DNA from: Thiotrichaceae bacterium
GTDB lineage: Bacteria > Pseudomonadota > Gammaproteobacteria > Thiotrichales > Thiotrichaceae
Reading direction: 5' to 3'
DNA: 64,000 nt
Assembly: GCA_015490895.1 (NCBI GenBank)
Contig: WFWY01000148.1
Coordinates: 5,522 to 69,521, forward strand
Shown: in pieces, positions 27,244-37,827 of the stretch
How the letters are laid out: each line of letters begins with the position of its first letter
How positions within the stretch are numbered: the stretch's first letter is position 1
Position numbers and translations under genes: made by a program
Notes under the pieces: model-generated
Databases searched by the model: none
The model's input: the letters and a program-made list of their open reading frames with translations, nothing else
Told to the model about the DNA's origin: nothing

Positions 27244-29064
27244 GTGATAGAAAAGCTGAGAAATATTGCCATTATTGCCCACGTTGATCATGGCAAAACC
27301 ACCTTGGTTGACGAGCTGCTGAAACAGTCCGGCACTCTGAGTGAGCGTGCTGATCATGGTGAGCGCATGATGGATTCCAATGAGCTTGAAAAAGAGCGGG
27401 GTATCACAATCCTGGCAAAAAACACAGCGATTCAGTGGGATGATTACCGAATTAATATAGTTGACACCCCTGGGCATGCAGATTTTGGTGGCGAGGTTGA
27501 GCGGGTGCTTTCCATGGTAGATAGTGTGCTGCTCATTGTAGATGCAGTAGATGGCCCCATGCCCCAGACACGTTTTGTTACCCAAAAAGCCTTTGATATG
27601 GGTTTTAAACCTATTGTGGTGATCAACAAGGTAGACAGAAATGGTGCGGATCCTCACCGGGCTCTGGATCAGACTTTTGACCTGTTTGACAAACTGGGTG
27701 CAACGGATGAGCAGTTGGACTTTCCTGTTGTTTATGCCTCTGCACTCAATGGCTATGCCGGTCTTGAAGCCGAGGTTCGCGAAGGCACGATGACGCCTTT
27801 ATTTGAAACGATTGTTTCAGAAGTGCAGCACCCTGATGTGAATCCGGATGCGCCATTCCAGTTGCAAGTGAGTTCACTGGATTACAATTCTTATGTCGGA
27901 CTGATTGGTATCGGTCGTATAAAGCAAGGTAGAATTTCTAAAAATTCACCCGTCAAAGTTATCAATGCCGAAGGTGAGATCAGAAATGGTCGTATATTAC
28001 AGATCCATGGTTTTCACGGGCTTGAACGGGTAGAGGTTCCCGCTGCACAAGCGGGTGATATCATTACTTTCACGGGCATGGATGAGTTGTATATTTCTGA
28101 TACGCTTTGCGATCCTGAACACATAGAAGCTTTGCCGGCACTAACCGTTGATGAGCCAACAGTCACCATGACCTTTCAGGTCAATAACTCCCCTTTTGCG
28201 GGTAAAGAAGGAAAATATATTACTTCACGTAATATCAAGGATCGGCTGGATGAAGAACTTCTCCATAATGTAGCTCTGCGTGTTGAACAGATGGAAGACA
28301 AGGATAAATTCAGAGTCTCGGGGCGTGGTGAGTTACATCTGGGTATTTTAATTGAGAATATGCGTCGTGAAGGCTTTGAGCTTGCTGTTTCACGGCCGGA
28401 AGTAATCATCAAGGAGGTTGATGGCGAAATGCAGGAACCCTATGAGAGTTTGACCATAGATGTGGAAACAGATCATCAGGGTGCTATCATGGAGAAATTG
28501 GGCGAGCGTCGTGGTGAATTAAAGAATATGGAGCCAGATGGTAAAGGCCGGGTTCGCCTGGAGTACATTATTCCCTCACGTGGCCTGATTGGTTATCAAA
28601 CCGAGTTTATGACTACGACCTCAGGTACAGGGTTGATGTATCATACGTTTGATCATTATGGTGCTTATAAACCCGGTGATATTGGGCAGAGAAACAATGG
28701 TGTACTGATAGCAAATGGGCAAGGCAAGGCACTGGCTTACGCATTATTTAATTTACAGGAGCGCGGCAAGCTCTTTATCGGACATGGAGAAGAGGTCTAT
28801 GAGGGCATGGTTGTTGGTATTCATAGCCGTGATAATGACCTCGTTGTCAATCCGCTAAAGGCCAAGCAGTTAACCAATATTCGTGCTGCAGGTACCGATG
28901 AAAATCTGGTATTGACCAAACCCATTCGTATGACGCTGGAGCAGGCATTAGAGTTTATTGATGATGATGAACTTGTGGAAGTGACACCTGAAAATATCCG
29001 TATCCGTAAGCGCTTTCTAAAGGAGCATGAACGTAAAAAAGCTTCGCGTACTGCTGCTGCCTGA
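27244..29064 (+). CDS. typA: Translational GTPase TypA/BipA
   Basis: (M)[43 protein letters not shown] 27244 gives the canonical N-terminus. The tracked ORF begins at 27199. Confidence 0.93.
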   Translation: MIEKLRNIAIIAHVDHGKTTLVDELLKQSGTLSERADHGERMMDSNELEKERGITILAKNTAIQWDDYRINIVDTPGHADFGGEVERVLSMVDSVLLIVDAVDGPMPQTRFVTQKAFDMGFKPIVVINKVDRNGADPHRALDQTFDLFDKLGATDEQLDFPVVYASALNGYAGLEAEVREGTMTPLFETIVSEVQHPDVNPDAPFQLQVSSLDYNSYVGLIGIGRIKQGRISKNSPVKVINAEGEIRNGRILQIHGFHGLERVEVPAAQAGDIITFTGMDELYISDTLCDPEHIEALPALTVDEPTVTMTFQVNNSPFAGKEGKYITSRNIKDRLDEELLHNVALRVEQMEDKDKFRVSGRGELHLGILIENMRREGFELAVSRPEVIIKEVDGEMQEPYESLTIDVETDHQGAIMEKLGERRGELKNMEPDGKGRVRLEYIIPSRGLIGYQTEFMTTTSGTGLMYHTFDHYGAYKPGDIGQRNNGVLIANGQGKALAYALFNLQERGKLFIGHGEEVYEGMVVGIHSRDNDLVVNPLKAKQLTNIRAAGTDENLVLTKPIRMTLEQALEFIDDDELVEVTPENIRIRKRFLKEHERKKASRTAAA

Positions 29065-29140
29065 TGCACGCATCCAGTAATACTTTCTGAAGTACACACA
29101 AGTTTGCTACCATAATGGGTTTTAGTGGCGGAATAAACCC

Positions 29141-30424
29141 GTGAGACAAAATCTACTGCGTGCTGAAAGCAGTCTGCTGAGATACCCCATCCGCGAGGTG
29201 GTAGAGATAGGAAAGCGCTTCGAAAGACTCGCTCATTTCAAGATGGTTTGGGAAAATATCGGTGATCCGGTTGCCTCGGGAGAGGCTATTCCTGACTGGA
29301 TGAAAGCACTACTTCGCGAACAGATTGCGGATACGGCCAGTTATGGGTATACAGACTCCAGAGGCGATACTGCTGCACGCCAGTATGTACTGGAGCACTT
29401 TTCCAGTGAAAAGGTTTGTACCGTCGATGATATCCTGTTTTTTAATGGTCTCGGCGAAGCAATTAACAAAATACTGAATAATCTGCCCAAAGAGGCACGC
29501 GTATTAGTGCCATCTCCGACGTACCCCTCCCATGCAACCGCTGAAGCCATGCATGCAGGTTGCCATTATATTTCCTATCCTTTGGATCCTGAAAACAACT
29601 GGGAACCTGATGTTGAAGAAATAGAAAGCCATGTGCGCTATAACGAACAGATTGTAGCGATCCTGGTCATCAACCCAAACAATCCTACGGGCAGTGTTTA
29701 TCACCGGGAAACACTGGAAAAGATAGTTGCCATTGCGAAAAAATATCATTGCTTTCTGATCTTTGATGAAATTTATCATCACATGACTTTTCCAGGTGTC
29801 CAAACGACTTTGCTCTATGAGATTATCGGTGATGTGCCGGGGATCAGTATGAAGGGGATCAGTAAGGATGTACCCTGGCCGGGATCAAGATGTGGCTGGA
29901 TAGAAATTTATAATGCTGAAAAAGATCAAGGTTTTAGTGATTATATCCATGTTATTCTGCTGGCTAAAATGCTGGAGGTTTGCTCAACGGCTTTACCACA
30001 GAAGATACTTCCGGCTATTTATGGACATAAGCAGTACCCGGAAATGCTAAAAGCGCGTATTCAGAAGTATCAGCAGCGCGCCGATGAAGCAGAGCTGTTT
30101 TTCAGGAAAATTCCACAAGTACGACTAAACAAGCCGCAGGGTGTATTTTATCTGGTTGTTGAATTACTGGATCTGCCCTATGCCACACTGGAGTCAAAAA
30201 ACAAGGATGTGCGTCTGGAACTTGAGCGGCTGGAGCAGCAGAAAATGGCAGCAGACTTTCAGTTTGCCTATGAGTTGATGGGGTCAGAGGGTATTTGTGT
30301 CGTGCCATTAACGGGCTTTGGCAGTGACCTTACCGGTTTCAGGATGACCTTGTTGCAAGAAGATGATGCATTGTTTACCGATACCTTGCAACGTATAGGC
30401 AGAGCTATTCGTGCCTATTATTAA
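29141..30424 (+). CDS. Class I/II pyridoxal-phosphate-dependent aminotransferase (alanine aminotransferase-like)
   Basis: GTG start. Y(G)YTDSRGD, NPNNPTGSVY, DEIYHHM, SKDVPWPGSRCGW (PLP-Lys region). Confidence 0.85.
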   Translation: MRQNLLRAESSLLRYPIREVVEIGKRFERLAHFKMVWENIGDPVASGEAIPDWMKALLREQIADTASYGYTDSRGDTAARQYVLEHFSSEKVCTVDDILFFNGLGEAINKILNNLPKEARVLVPSPTYPSHATAEAMHAGCHYISYPLDPENNWEPDVEEIESHVRYNEQIVAILVINPNNPTGSVYHRETLEKIVAIAKKYHCFLIFDEIYHHMTFPGVQTTLLYEIIGDVPGISMKGISKDVPWPGSRCGWIEIYNAEKDQGFSDYIHVILLAKMLEVCSTALPQKILPAIYGHKQYPEMLKARIQKYQQRADEAELFFRKIPQVRLNKPQGVFYLVVELLDLPYATLESKNKDVRLELERLEQQKMAADFQFAYELMGSEGICVVPLTGFGSDLTGFRMTLLQEDDALFTDTLQRIGRAIRAYY

Positions 30425-31514
30425 ATGGCTTTCATGGCTCTGTCTTGGTAGTGTGCTGACTGCCTGTAGTTCTACACTACCTCAGAAAGATCTGCTGCCG
30501 GTTGATACGCAAGCATTAATGGTTATTGATCTTCGGCAGACCCGTACGTTACAGCAGATATTGCCAGAGCTGATTCAGCAGCAGGTAGTACTGGTTGGTG
30601 AAAGTCATACTGAGTACGCTCATCACTTACAACAGTTGGCACTTATTAAAGCGCTTCATCCGTACTGGCCAGATATGGGAATTGGTATAGAATATGTACA
30701 GCGCCCTTTTCAGCCTGTGCTGGATGCCTATATTGCCGGTACGGTGAGTGAGGCACAGATGCTAAAAAAAACACAGTGGTATCAGCGCTGGGGCTACGAT
30801 TTTCGGCTTTATCGGGGTCTTTTTCAGTATGCACGGGAGCATAATATTCCGCTGGTTGCACTGAATGCATCACGGGAGCTGACGAAAGCTGTCAGAAAAA
30901 GTGGTATAGAGGCACTACCGGTGGAATATAGGCGTCATTTGCCCGGCAAGATCACGCGAAGTGCTGCCTACCGGGATCGCCTGGCAAAGGTTTACCAGCG
31001 ACATGCGAAGGGAAGCCTCAAAGGGCTGGATGCGTTTGTGGATGTGCAGCTGACCTGGGATGAGAGTATGGCCGCAAATGCGGCTGCAGCACTACGCTCC
31101 AAAAAAATCAAACACATGGTTTTATTGGCAGGTAGTGGTCATGTGTTACGCCAGGCGATACCGGTACGACTGAAAAAATACGGTTATCGTTCCCGGGTTC
31201 TGTTGCAGGATTTACCTGATCACCTGTCAGATGCCGACTTTATTATTCCTGTTCGCAGACAAAAATTGTCGCCATCCGGAAAGATAGGCATCATGATGAA
31301 GCAGGGAAAACAGGGAGTGACCGTTGCAGGTGTGACAAAAGCACATACGGCAGGACTACAAAAAGGTGATATTATTCTGTCAATAAATGGTCTATCCGTG
31401 CAGGCACCGGAAGATATCAGCATTGAGCTTTTGAATAAACGTCCCGGTGAGGTCTTATCTATTGTGATCAAGCGTGCCTCAAAGAGATTGAAAAAAAGAA
31501 TAAAACTGTTGTAA
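30411..31514 (+). CDS. ChaN-like lipoprotein with C-terminal PDZ domain
   Basis: GTG start. Lipobox LTAC. VVLVGESHTEYAHH and LAGSGH resemble the ChaN/Tiki haem-binding family. The C-terminus is PDZ-like (GVTVAGVTKAHTAGLQKGDIILSINGLSV). Confidence 0.6.
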   Translation: MPIIKWLSWLCLGSVLTACSSTLPQKDLLPVDTQALMVIDLRQTRTLQQILPELIQQQVVLVGESHTEYAHHLQQLALIKALHPYWPDMGIGIEYVQRPFQPVLDAYIAGTVSEAQMLKKTQWYQRWGYDFRLYRGLFQYAREHNIPLVALNASRELTKAVRKSGIEALPVEYRRHLPGKITRSAAYRDRLAKVYQRHAKGSLKGLDAFVDVQLTWDESMAANAAAALRSKKIKHMVLLAGSGHVLRQAIPVRLKKYGYRSRVLLQDLPDHLSDADFIIPVRRQKLSPSGKIGIMMKQGKQGVTVAGVTKAHTAGLQKGDIILSINGLSVQAPEDISIELLNKRPGEVLSIVIKRASKRLKKRIKLL

Positions 31515-31641
31515 TGGTAGCATTGCCGTGCCCGTCGCTGCGGATTCCTAAGTCACTCATTTGACGAATAAACCTTACTAGGGTAGGATGTTCGCCTTTT
31601 TTCTTCCGCTGGGCAGTAATGCCTGATGAGCAGGTAATCTA

Positions 31642-32814
31642 ATGGCAGATACACTCATGTCTACATATGCTCCACTACCCGTCACTTTTGAAAAAGGTGA
31701 GGGTGTTTATTTATGGGATTCACATAACAGGCAATATCTGGATGCTATTTCAGGTATAGCTGTTTGTAGCCTGGGGCACGCGCGACGAGAAGTGGCAGAT
31801 GCCTTGTGTGACCAGGCCAACCGGCTGATTCATACTTCTAACCTCTACCAGATTGATTTACAAAAACAACTGGCGGACAAGCTCTGTGAGCTGTCTGCAA
31901 TGGATGAAGTGTTTTTCAGCAATTCAGGCACCGAGGCAAATGAGGCTGCTATCAAGCTGGCACGTCTTTTCGGTAGCAGAAAAGGTATCAGTCGGCCAGA
32001 AATTATTGTTGTGGAGGGTAGTTTTCATGGGCGTACACTGGCCGCCTTGTCAGCTACCGGGAATGCAAAAATACAGCAAGGTTTTAGCCCACTGGTTGAG
32101 GGGTTTATTCGAGTGCCCTATAACGACCTGGAGGCAATCAGGAAGCTGATCGAGATGCATCCTGATATCGTTGCAGTGATGGTTGAACCGGTACAGGGGG
32201 AAGGTGGTGTTAATATTCCCGCTCCTGGCTATTTGTCAGAAATCCGTCAGCTCTGTGATGAGCAAGGCTGGCTGTTTATGCTAGATGAGATCCAAACGGG
32301 GATGTGTCGGACGGGGAAATGGTTTGCCTTTCAGCATGAACCTGTCAAGCCAGACGTGATGACTCTGGCCAAGGCTCTGGGTAATGGTGTGCCGATAGGT
32401 GCCTGTCTTGCCAGCGGACGGGCTACAGGTGTGTTCACTGCCGGTACCCATGGCTCAACTTTTGGTGGCAACCCGCTTTCTTGCCGGGCAGCACTGGCAG
32501 TTATTGAGGTGATGCAAAGGCAGGCTCTGGACAGGCAGGCAGCTAACCTGGGGGACTATTTTCTGGGTACATTTAGCGAGCAGCTCTCGGGTGTGCCAGG
32601 CGTGTCAGGTATTCGAGGGAAAGGTCTGATGCTGGGAATAGAACTGGAAAAAGAGTGTACCGAACTGGTCGCACATGCACTAGAGCAAGGTGTGTTAATT
32701 AATGTTACCGCAAGCAGGGTTGTGCGTTTGTTACCTCCACTGATACTGACAACGGAACAGGCTGACCAGATTGTTGAAACAGTGGTCGGTCTGATCACGC
32801 AATTCCTGAAGTAA
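31642..32814 (+). CDS. argD: Acetylornithine aminotransferase
   Basis: Class III aminotransferase with [39 protein letters not shown]. Adjacent to argF. Confidence 0.9.
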   Translation: MADTLMSTYAPLPVTFEKGEGVYLWDSHNRQYLDAISGIAVCSLGHARREVADALCDQANRLIHTSNLYQIDLQKQLADKLCELSAMDEVFFSNSGTEANEAAIKLARLFGSRKGISRPEIIVVEGSFHGRTLAALSATGNAKIQQGFSPLVEGFIRVPYNDLEAIRKLIEMHPDIVAVMVEPVQGEGGVNIPAPGYLSEIRQLCDEQGWLFMLDEIQTGMCRTGKWFAFQHEPVKPDVMTLAKALGNGVPIGACLASGRATGVFTAGTHGSTFGGNPLSCRAALAVIEVMQRQALDRQAANLGDYFLGTFSEQLSGVPGVSGIRGKGLMLGIELEKECTELVAHALEQGVLINVTASRVVRLLPPLILTTEQADQIVETVVGLITQFLK

Positions 32815-32818
32815 TATC

Positions 32819-33733
32819 ATGCAGACAAACACAAGACACTTCCTGACACTGATGGATTTCACTCCTCAGGAGCTGGATACCCTGATTAGAAAAGCGATTG
32901 AGTTAAAGCGTATGTGGAAGCAGGGAGATCCCTATTTTCCACTGAAAAATCGTACCCTGGCGATGATTTTTGATAAATCTTCTACGCGTACACGCGTATC
33001 CTTTGAAGTGGGCATGACTCAGCTGGGTGGGCATGCCTTATTTCTTTCTCCTAATGACAGTCAGCTGGGTAGGGGGGAGCCGATTGAAGACTCGGCACGT
33101 GTTATTTCGCGCATGGCCGATGCCGTTATGATTCGTACCTTTGAGCATGCCATGGTAGAGAGATTTGCCCAATATTCACAGGTTCCGGTGATTAATGCAC
33201 TGACGGATGATTACCACCCCTGCCAGTTATTAGCGGATGTGATGACGTATGTCGAGTTGCGTGGATCCATCAAGGGTGCTCAAGTTACCTGGGTCGGTGA
33301 TGGAAATAATATGTGTCATTCCTGGATGAATGCAGCGCGGCAGTTTGATTTTCAGTTAAATATAGCCTGCCCTAAAGGCTATGAGCCGAATGCTGATCTT
33401 TTGGCCGAATTGTCGGGTAGAGCAAAGGTTATCCATGATCCACAGGAAGCCTGCGAACAAAGTGATGTGGTGGTAACCGATGTTTGGGCCAGCATGGGGC
33501 AGGAAGACGAACAAAAGAAAAGGGAGAGGGATTTTGCAAACTATCAGGTGAATTCTGCACTGATGGCAAAAGCCGACAAAGATGCTCTGTTTATGCACTG
33601 TTTGCCAGCTCACCGTGGGGAAGAGGTGAGCACTACCGTACTGGAAGGCTCTCAGAGTGTGGTCTGGCAAGAAGCGGAAAACCGGCTGCATGCACAGAAA
33701 GCTCTGCTGCTTTTGTTACTGGTTGAGCTTTAA
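32819..33733 (+). CDS. argF: Ornithine carbamoyltransferase
   Basis: [24 protein letters not shown]. 304 aa. Confidence 0.93.
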   Translation: MQTNTRHFLTLMDFTPQELDTLIRKAIELKRMWKQGDPYFPLKNRTLAMIFDKSSTRTRVSFEVGMTQLGGHALFLSPNDSQLGRGEPIEDSARVISRMADAVMIRTFEHAMVERFAQYSQVPVINALTDDYHPCQLLADVMTYVELRGSIKGAQVTWVGDGNNMCHSWMNAARQFDFQLNIACPKGYEPNADLLAELSGRAKVIHDPQEACEQSDVVVTDVWASMGQEDEQKKRERDFANYQVNSALMAKADKDALFMHCLPAHRGEEVSTTVLEGSQSVVWQEAENRLHAQKALLLLLLVEL

Positions 33734-33777
33734 GAGCCTCAGAAAAACGAGTCATGACTTGTTTAGAGTCTCTTTAG
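33730..33777. repeat. Mini copy of the TIR repeat family (truncated left TIR plus right TIR) abutting MITE copy A
   Basis: TTAAGAGCCTCAGAAAAACGAGTCATGACTTGTTTAGAGTCTCTTTAG. Its first TTAA contains the argF stop codon. Confidence 0.6.
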
Positions 33778-33939
33778 GGGGCTCTGATTAAGTCCGGTCG
33801 AATTTCCTGTGAGATGAAATTCGTCAGTTTTTTGATAGAAACGTTAGCAACAGTCATTCTGTTGGTCACTTTTATAGCGAAAAAATGGCGATATTTCAGC
33901 CTCAGGAAAACGACTGGGACTTGATCAGAGTCTCCTTTA
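33774..33939 (+). mobile_element. MITE-like element, copy A (~166 bp, with terminal inverted repeats)
   Basis: The ends TTAGGGGGCTCTGATTAAGTCC and GGACTTGATCAGAGTCTCCTTTA are inverted repeats of each other. The interior is ~96 % identical to the reverse complement of 36207-36373. Confidence 0.8.
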
Positions 33940-34032
33940 GCAGCTTGTCCGGGAATGAACCCTGAGAGGCTCACCCAGGGTTCAACCATGCATAAAAGGA
34001 AACCTCTGCGGTTGCCTTCAGTGTTATAATTA

Positions 34033-34067
34033 CAAAGCAAAAAGAGTCGGAGCATTCAGCCCTGACT
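34033..34067 (-). terminator. Probable rho-independent terminator downstream of rplI
   Basis: On the minus strand, AGTCAGG...CCGACT forms a 6-bp stem with one bulge. It is followed by CTTTTTGCTTTG. Confidence 0.5.
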
Positions 34068-34069
34068 TA

Positions 34070-34591
34070 TTATTCTTCTTCGTCAGTGGTTGCGCTTGCA
34101 GCTTCTTCTTCAGCATCAATCTCATCAATAATGGATGAGACTTCCCCGTCACCTTCTACGACCACTTTGACGATGGCATTAATTTCAGTATGCAAGTGAA
34201 TGAGTACGTCATGGCTACCCGTTTCACGAATAGGGCCTTCAGGCATACGGATTTCGCTACGCTCAACCGTTACGCCTGTGGCAATCAGCGCATCAGAAAT
34301 ATCCGCAGGGGAGACAGAACCAAACAGTTTACCCTCAATACCGGAATTCGCGGTTATATGAACAGTGATGCCATCCAGTTCTGCTTTCCTGGCTTCTGCT
34401 GCTGCTGTTGCTTCAGCTTCAGCTTTTTCAAGCTCTGCACGGATGGCTTCAAATTCTTCCAGGTTGGCTTTGGTTGCCATTTTGGCTTTTTTCTGAGGCA
34501 CTAAATAGTTACGCGCATAACCGGAGCGTACGTTGACAACATCACCCAGGGAGCCCAGGTTTTCAATTTTTTCAAGAAGTATGACTTCCAT
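34070..34591 (-). CDS. rplI: 50S ribosomal protein L9
   Basis: MEVILLEKIENLGSLGDVVNVRSGYARNYLVPQKKA. Start moved to ATG 34591. Carries a ~25-aa acidic C-terminal tail. Confidence 0.93.
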   Translation of the reverse strand: MEVILLEKIENLGSLGDVVNVRSGYARNYLVPQKKAKMATKANLEEFEAIRAELEKAEAEATAAAEARKAELDGITVHITANSGIEGKLFGSVSPADISDALIATGVTVERSEIRMPEGPIRETGSHDVLIHLHTEINAIVKVVVEGDGEVSSIIDEIDAEEEAASATTDEEE

Positions 34592-34615
34592 CGTTTTCAC
34601 CTTAATCAAGTAAGT

Positions 34616-35509
34616 TTATTTCTTAATCAGCTTTGCTCTAAAGTCAGCAAAACTGTCAATTATTCCAAATGCCACCACCAGCAATGCAATGTGAACCGGC
34701 AACATGATAAACAACACATAGAATATAACCAACAGAGTGCGGTGTAATTCGCGTTGCTTGACAACGGCATGTAGCAGACTGATGCCCTGAAACAGGAAAA
34801 CAGCAAGACCACATACCAGTAACTCTATTGCTACAGAGTGCTGGGTAAAAGCTGTTACACCCATCAGCAGGAGTACAGCACTCGCTGCAGGCTTTCCTAG
34901 TCGTATCGTCCTGAATTCTTCGCCAAAGCCGCCAGGGTTATAAAGTTGTGCCTGCCAGAATCGCGCAAGCAGCATTGACAGGCTCCAGCTCATGCTCATT
35001 AGCAGGGCAACAAATGCAGTCATCCAGTAAGAGGCCGTGCTTAACCATTTCTGTATATCCAGATCCGGGTTGTTACTGGCCTCCAGAGCAGGCTTTACGT
35101 TTTTTTCCAGGATCGCTGACCAAAAACTGCCTGGTTCAGGGACGAATATATGAAACAGTAAAACACCGATGCTAGTGAGTAAAAAAATACTCTCCAGCGT
35201 GAGTTTCCAGGAAACACTGTAGTGTAAAACCGCAGCGAATAGTACAACTGGAAGCCATTGTAACAAACCCAGCAAAAAGCCATCAGCCAGGCTGCCTTCA
35301 CCACCACTAAGTGCGAGGGGCAAGAGACTGAGAGTTGCGGCTCCTGCAATGCTCAGGTACAAGCCTGATTGCCAACCCTTCCGTAAAGTTACCAATGCAA
35401 TCGCGGCATTGGCAAACAGACTCAGTAGCGGCAAAAACAGACCGATAATGGAAAACAGCATTAAAAAGCTGAATGCCTGAATCCGACCTGCCATAATAAA
35501 GCGGGCCAT
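34616..35509 (-). CDS. DUF2232-like polytopic membrane protein
   Basis: 297 aa with about 7 hydrophobic helices, embedded between rpsR and rplI. The family call comes from context and topology only. Confidence 0.55.
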   Translation of the reverse strand: MARFIMAGRIQAFSFLMLFSIIGLFLPLLSLFANAAIALVTLRKGWQSGLYLSIAGAATLSLLPLALSGGEGSLADGFLLGLLQWLPVVLFAAVLHYSVSWKLTLESIFLLTSIGVLLFHIFVPEPGSFWSAILEKNVKPALEASNNPDLDIQKWLSTASYWMTAFVALLMSMSWSLSMLLARFWQAQLYNPGGFGEEFRTIRLGKPAASAVLLLMGVTAFTQHSVAIELLVCGLAVFLFQGISLLHAVVKQRELHRTLLVIFYVLFIMLPVHIALLVVAFGIIDSFADFRAKLIKK

Positions 35510-35540
35510 GGTCTATCTCCTGTTTGCTAGATGCAGCGCT

Positions 35541-35768
35541 CTATTTGTGCTGGTCGGTATACGGCAGCAAAGCCAGAAAACGGGCACGCTTGATAGCGGT
35601 TGCCAGTTGGCGCTGGTACTTTGCAGAAGTGCCTGTAATGCGGCTGGGAACAATTTTTCCGGTTTCTGTAATAAAGTCCTTGAGCAGATCCAGGTCTTTA
35701 TAATCAATATCTGTAATACCTTCCGCGGTAAAACGGCAATATTTCTGTCTTCTAAAAAAACGTGACAT
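35541..35768 (-). CDS. rpsR: 30S ribosomal protein S18
   Basis: [52 protein letters not shown]. Confidence 0.95.
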   Translation of the reverse strand: MSRFFRRQKYCRFTAEGITDIDYKDLDLLKDFITETGKIVPSRITGTSAKYQRQLATAIKRARFLALLPYTDQHK

Positions 35769-35791
35769 GGTTGTTATCTCCCGTTGTTAAG

Positions 35792-36133
35792 CTAAGCTTT
35801 TGCATCTTTTTTGTCACTTTCCTTGCTCAGCAAAGAAGGTGAAGTAACTGCCTCATCACGTTTAATGACCAGTTTGCGAAGAATCGCATCATTAAAGCGG
35901 AACAGGTCTTCAAGTTTGGCCAGAGCCTCGCTGCTACACTCAATATTCATGAGTACATAGTGGGCTTTATGTAGCTTAACAATCGGGTAAGCGAGTTGAC
36001 GACGACCCCAGTCTTCCAGGCGGTGGATAGTCCCGTTGTCTTCTTCAACCAAAGTGCGGTAGCGTTCGATCATGGCAGGAACCTGCTCACTCTGATCGGG
36101 ATGTACCAGAAATACAATCTCGTAGTGTCTCAT
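35792..36133 (-). CDS. rpsF: 30S ribosomal protein S6
   Basis: [25 protein letters not shown]...[12 protein letters not shown]. Confidence 0.95.
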   Translation of the reverse strand: MRHYEIVFLVHPDQSEQVPAMIERYRTLVEEDNGTIHRLEDWGRRQLAYPIVKLHKAHYVLMNIECSSEALAKLEDLFRFNDAILRKLVIKRDEAVTSPSLLSKESDKKDAKA

Positions 36134-36206
36134 TGTAGCTCCTTATGGATAAATTGCCTTCCAGTGTGTCGATTAAAGGAAACACAGGTAAGACAAGGAG
36201 ATAGGT

Positions 36207-36373
36207 TTAAGGAGACTCTGATCAAGTCCCAAGCGTTTTCCTGAGGCTGAAATATCGCCATTTTTTCGCTATAAAAGTGACCAATAGAATGACTATTGCT
36301 AACGTTTCTATCAAAAAACTGACGAATTTCATCTCACAGGAAATTCGACCGGACTTAACCAGAGGTTCCTTAA
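36207..36373 (-). mobile_element. MITE-like element, copy B (inverted relative to copy A)
   Basis: TTAAGGAGACTCTGATCAAGTCC ... GGACTTAACCAGAGGTTCCTTAA. The reverse complement aligns to 33774-33939 with only about 4 substitutions in the ~145-bp core. Confidence 0.8.
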
Positions 36374-36467
36374 TGACCCAAAGGCGCGACATTATTCATG
36401 AAGAAGTCTTTATTGTCAATGAAAATCTATAGCTTGAAGCCACTGGAGATCTGCTATCCTTGACTGC

Positions 36468-36812
36468 ATGCAAACCATTCAAAAGCTTACCCAGTTTGAT
36501 TATTATCATTGTCTGGGAAATTTGTCAGGTGATGCGCTGGTGTTTTTTACCAGCCCTGCCTGTGGTGCCTGCAAACAGCTTCGCAAAGCATTGGAGCGCT
36601 ATGTGCAACAATATGACAACCTGCGGGTGTTTGAAATAGATGCGGTGCATGAATCAGGGCTGGTGAAAACCTTTGAAGTGTTTCATTTGCCGAGTATGTT
36701 TTTGTATCGTGACGGACAGTTTCATTGTGAGTTACACAGTGAAGCACACCCGCAAAAGCTGCATGCAGCGATAGCGAAAGCTTATCAGATGCCTGCTGAA
36801 GAAGAGCCGTGA
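36468..36812 (+). CDS. Thioredoxin-fold protein
   Basis: 114 aa. The FFTSPACGACKQL CxxC motif sits in a thioredoxin-like context. Confidence 0.65.
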   Translation: MQTIQKLTQFDYYHCLGNLSGDALVFFTSPACGACKQLRKALERYVQQYDNLRVFEIDAVHESGLVKTFEVFHLPSMFLYRDGQFHCELHSEAHPQKLHAAIAKAYQMPAEEEP

Positions 36813-36813
36813 A

Positions 36814-37455
36814 GTGATGAGACAGCTTGATTTATTTAGAACAATAGAGAGCAACTGGTTGCCTTATGATGGGGAGGTCTACTATGCACCGGCAGTGATT
36901 GATAAACAGCAAGCGAAAGCCTTTTTTGTGCGGCTACTTAAAGGGGTCGCCTGGAAGCCTGACGAGGCCATTATTTACGGCAAACGTCTTGTTACCTCTC
37001 GGCTGACGGCCTGGTATGCGGATAACTATTACACCTATACCTATTCCAGAGTGCCTCGCAGGGCTTTGTTATGGACCGGACTACTGCGTGAGTTGAAGCA
37101 ACAGATTGAAGAAGAAACCGGGCAGGTTTTCAATGCCTGCTTATTGAATCTCTATCATCATGGCAATGAAAGCCTGGGCTGGCACAGCGACGATGAAGAC
37201 TCGCTGCGACGTGGGGGCATGGTTGCTTCTCTTAGTTTGGGAGCAGAGCGTAAATTTGTATTTAAACACAAGCACAGTGGTGAAAAGGTGGCGCTGTTGC
37301 TGGAGTCAGGAAGCTTGCTGCGAATGCAGGGTGATACACAGTTAAACTGGTTGCACAGTTTGCCAAAGATGACCCGGGTTTCAGAGGCCAGAATTAATCT
37401 GACCTTTCGGCAAATGCGTATTGATGCCGTCAATAAATACTTCAGAAAACCGTGA
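36814..37455 (+). CDS. alkB: Alpha-ketoglutarate-dependent dioxygenase AlkB
   Basis: LLNLYHHGNESLGWHSDDE (HxD) and INLTFR. 213 aa. The start is GTG 36814 or ATG 36817. Confidence 0.85.
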   Translation: MMRQLDLFRTIESNWLPYDGEVYYAPAVIDKQQAKAFFVRLLKGVAWKPDEAIIYGKRLVTSRLTAWYADNYYTYTYSRVPRRALLWTGLLRELKQQIEEETGQVFNACLLNLYHHGNESLGWHSDDEDSLRRGGMVASLSLGAERKFVFKHKHSGEKVALLLESGSLLRMQGDTQLNWLHSLPKMTRVSEARINLTFRQMRIDAVNKYFRKP

Positions 37456-37466
37456 AAAGGAATCCT

Positions 37467-37826
37467 ATGAAATATCTCCTGCTGGTTGCACATGGTAGCC
37501 GCCGTGCAGCCTCAAATGACGAAGTACGTACACTGGCTCATCAGATGAATACCTTGCAGGATGAGTATGATGAGGTAGGCAGTGCCTTTCTTGAGCTGGC
37601 TGAACCGATGATTCCGGATGGTATTCGACAGGCAATCGCAAAGGGCGCAAATGAAGTGGTGGTGTTGCCCTATTTTTTATCAGCTGGGCGACATGTTAGT
37701 AAGGATGTGCCTGCTGAAGTAGATAGTGTACAAGCCGAGTACCCAGAAGTGAAGATTCGCATTGCTCCTTATCTGGGTAGTGCTACGGGTATTGCGGATC
37801 TTTTGCTGGAACAGGCGAGGAAGTAA
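37467..37826 (+). CDS. CbiX/SirB-type sirohydrochlorin chelatase (short form)
   Basis: MKYLLLVAHGSRR and VVVLPYFLSAGRHV. Start moved to ATG 37467, preceded by AAGGA. Confidence 0.7.
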   Translation: MKYLLLVAHGSRRAASNDEVRTLAHQMNTLQDEYDEVGSAFLELAEPMIPDGIRQAIAKGANEVVVLPYFLSAGRHVSKDVPAEVDSVQAEYPEVKIRIAPYLGSATGIADLLLEQARK

Positions 37827-37827
37827 G

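Noticed and set aside
33774-34055. 93-aa minus-strand ORF
   Set aside because: It lies almost entirely within the MITE copy and intergenic DNA. The equivalent copy B has no matching conserved ORF context.
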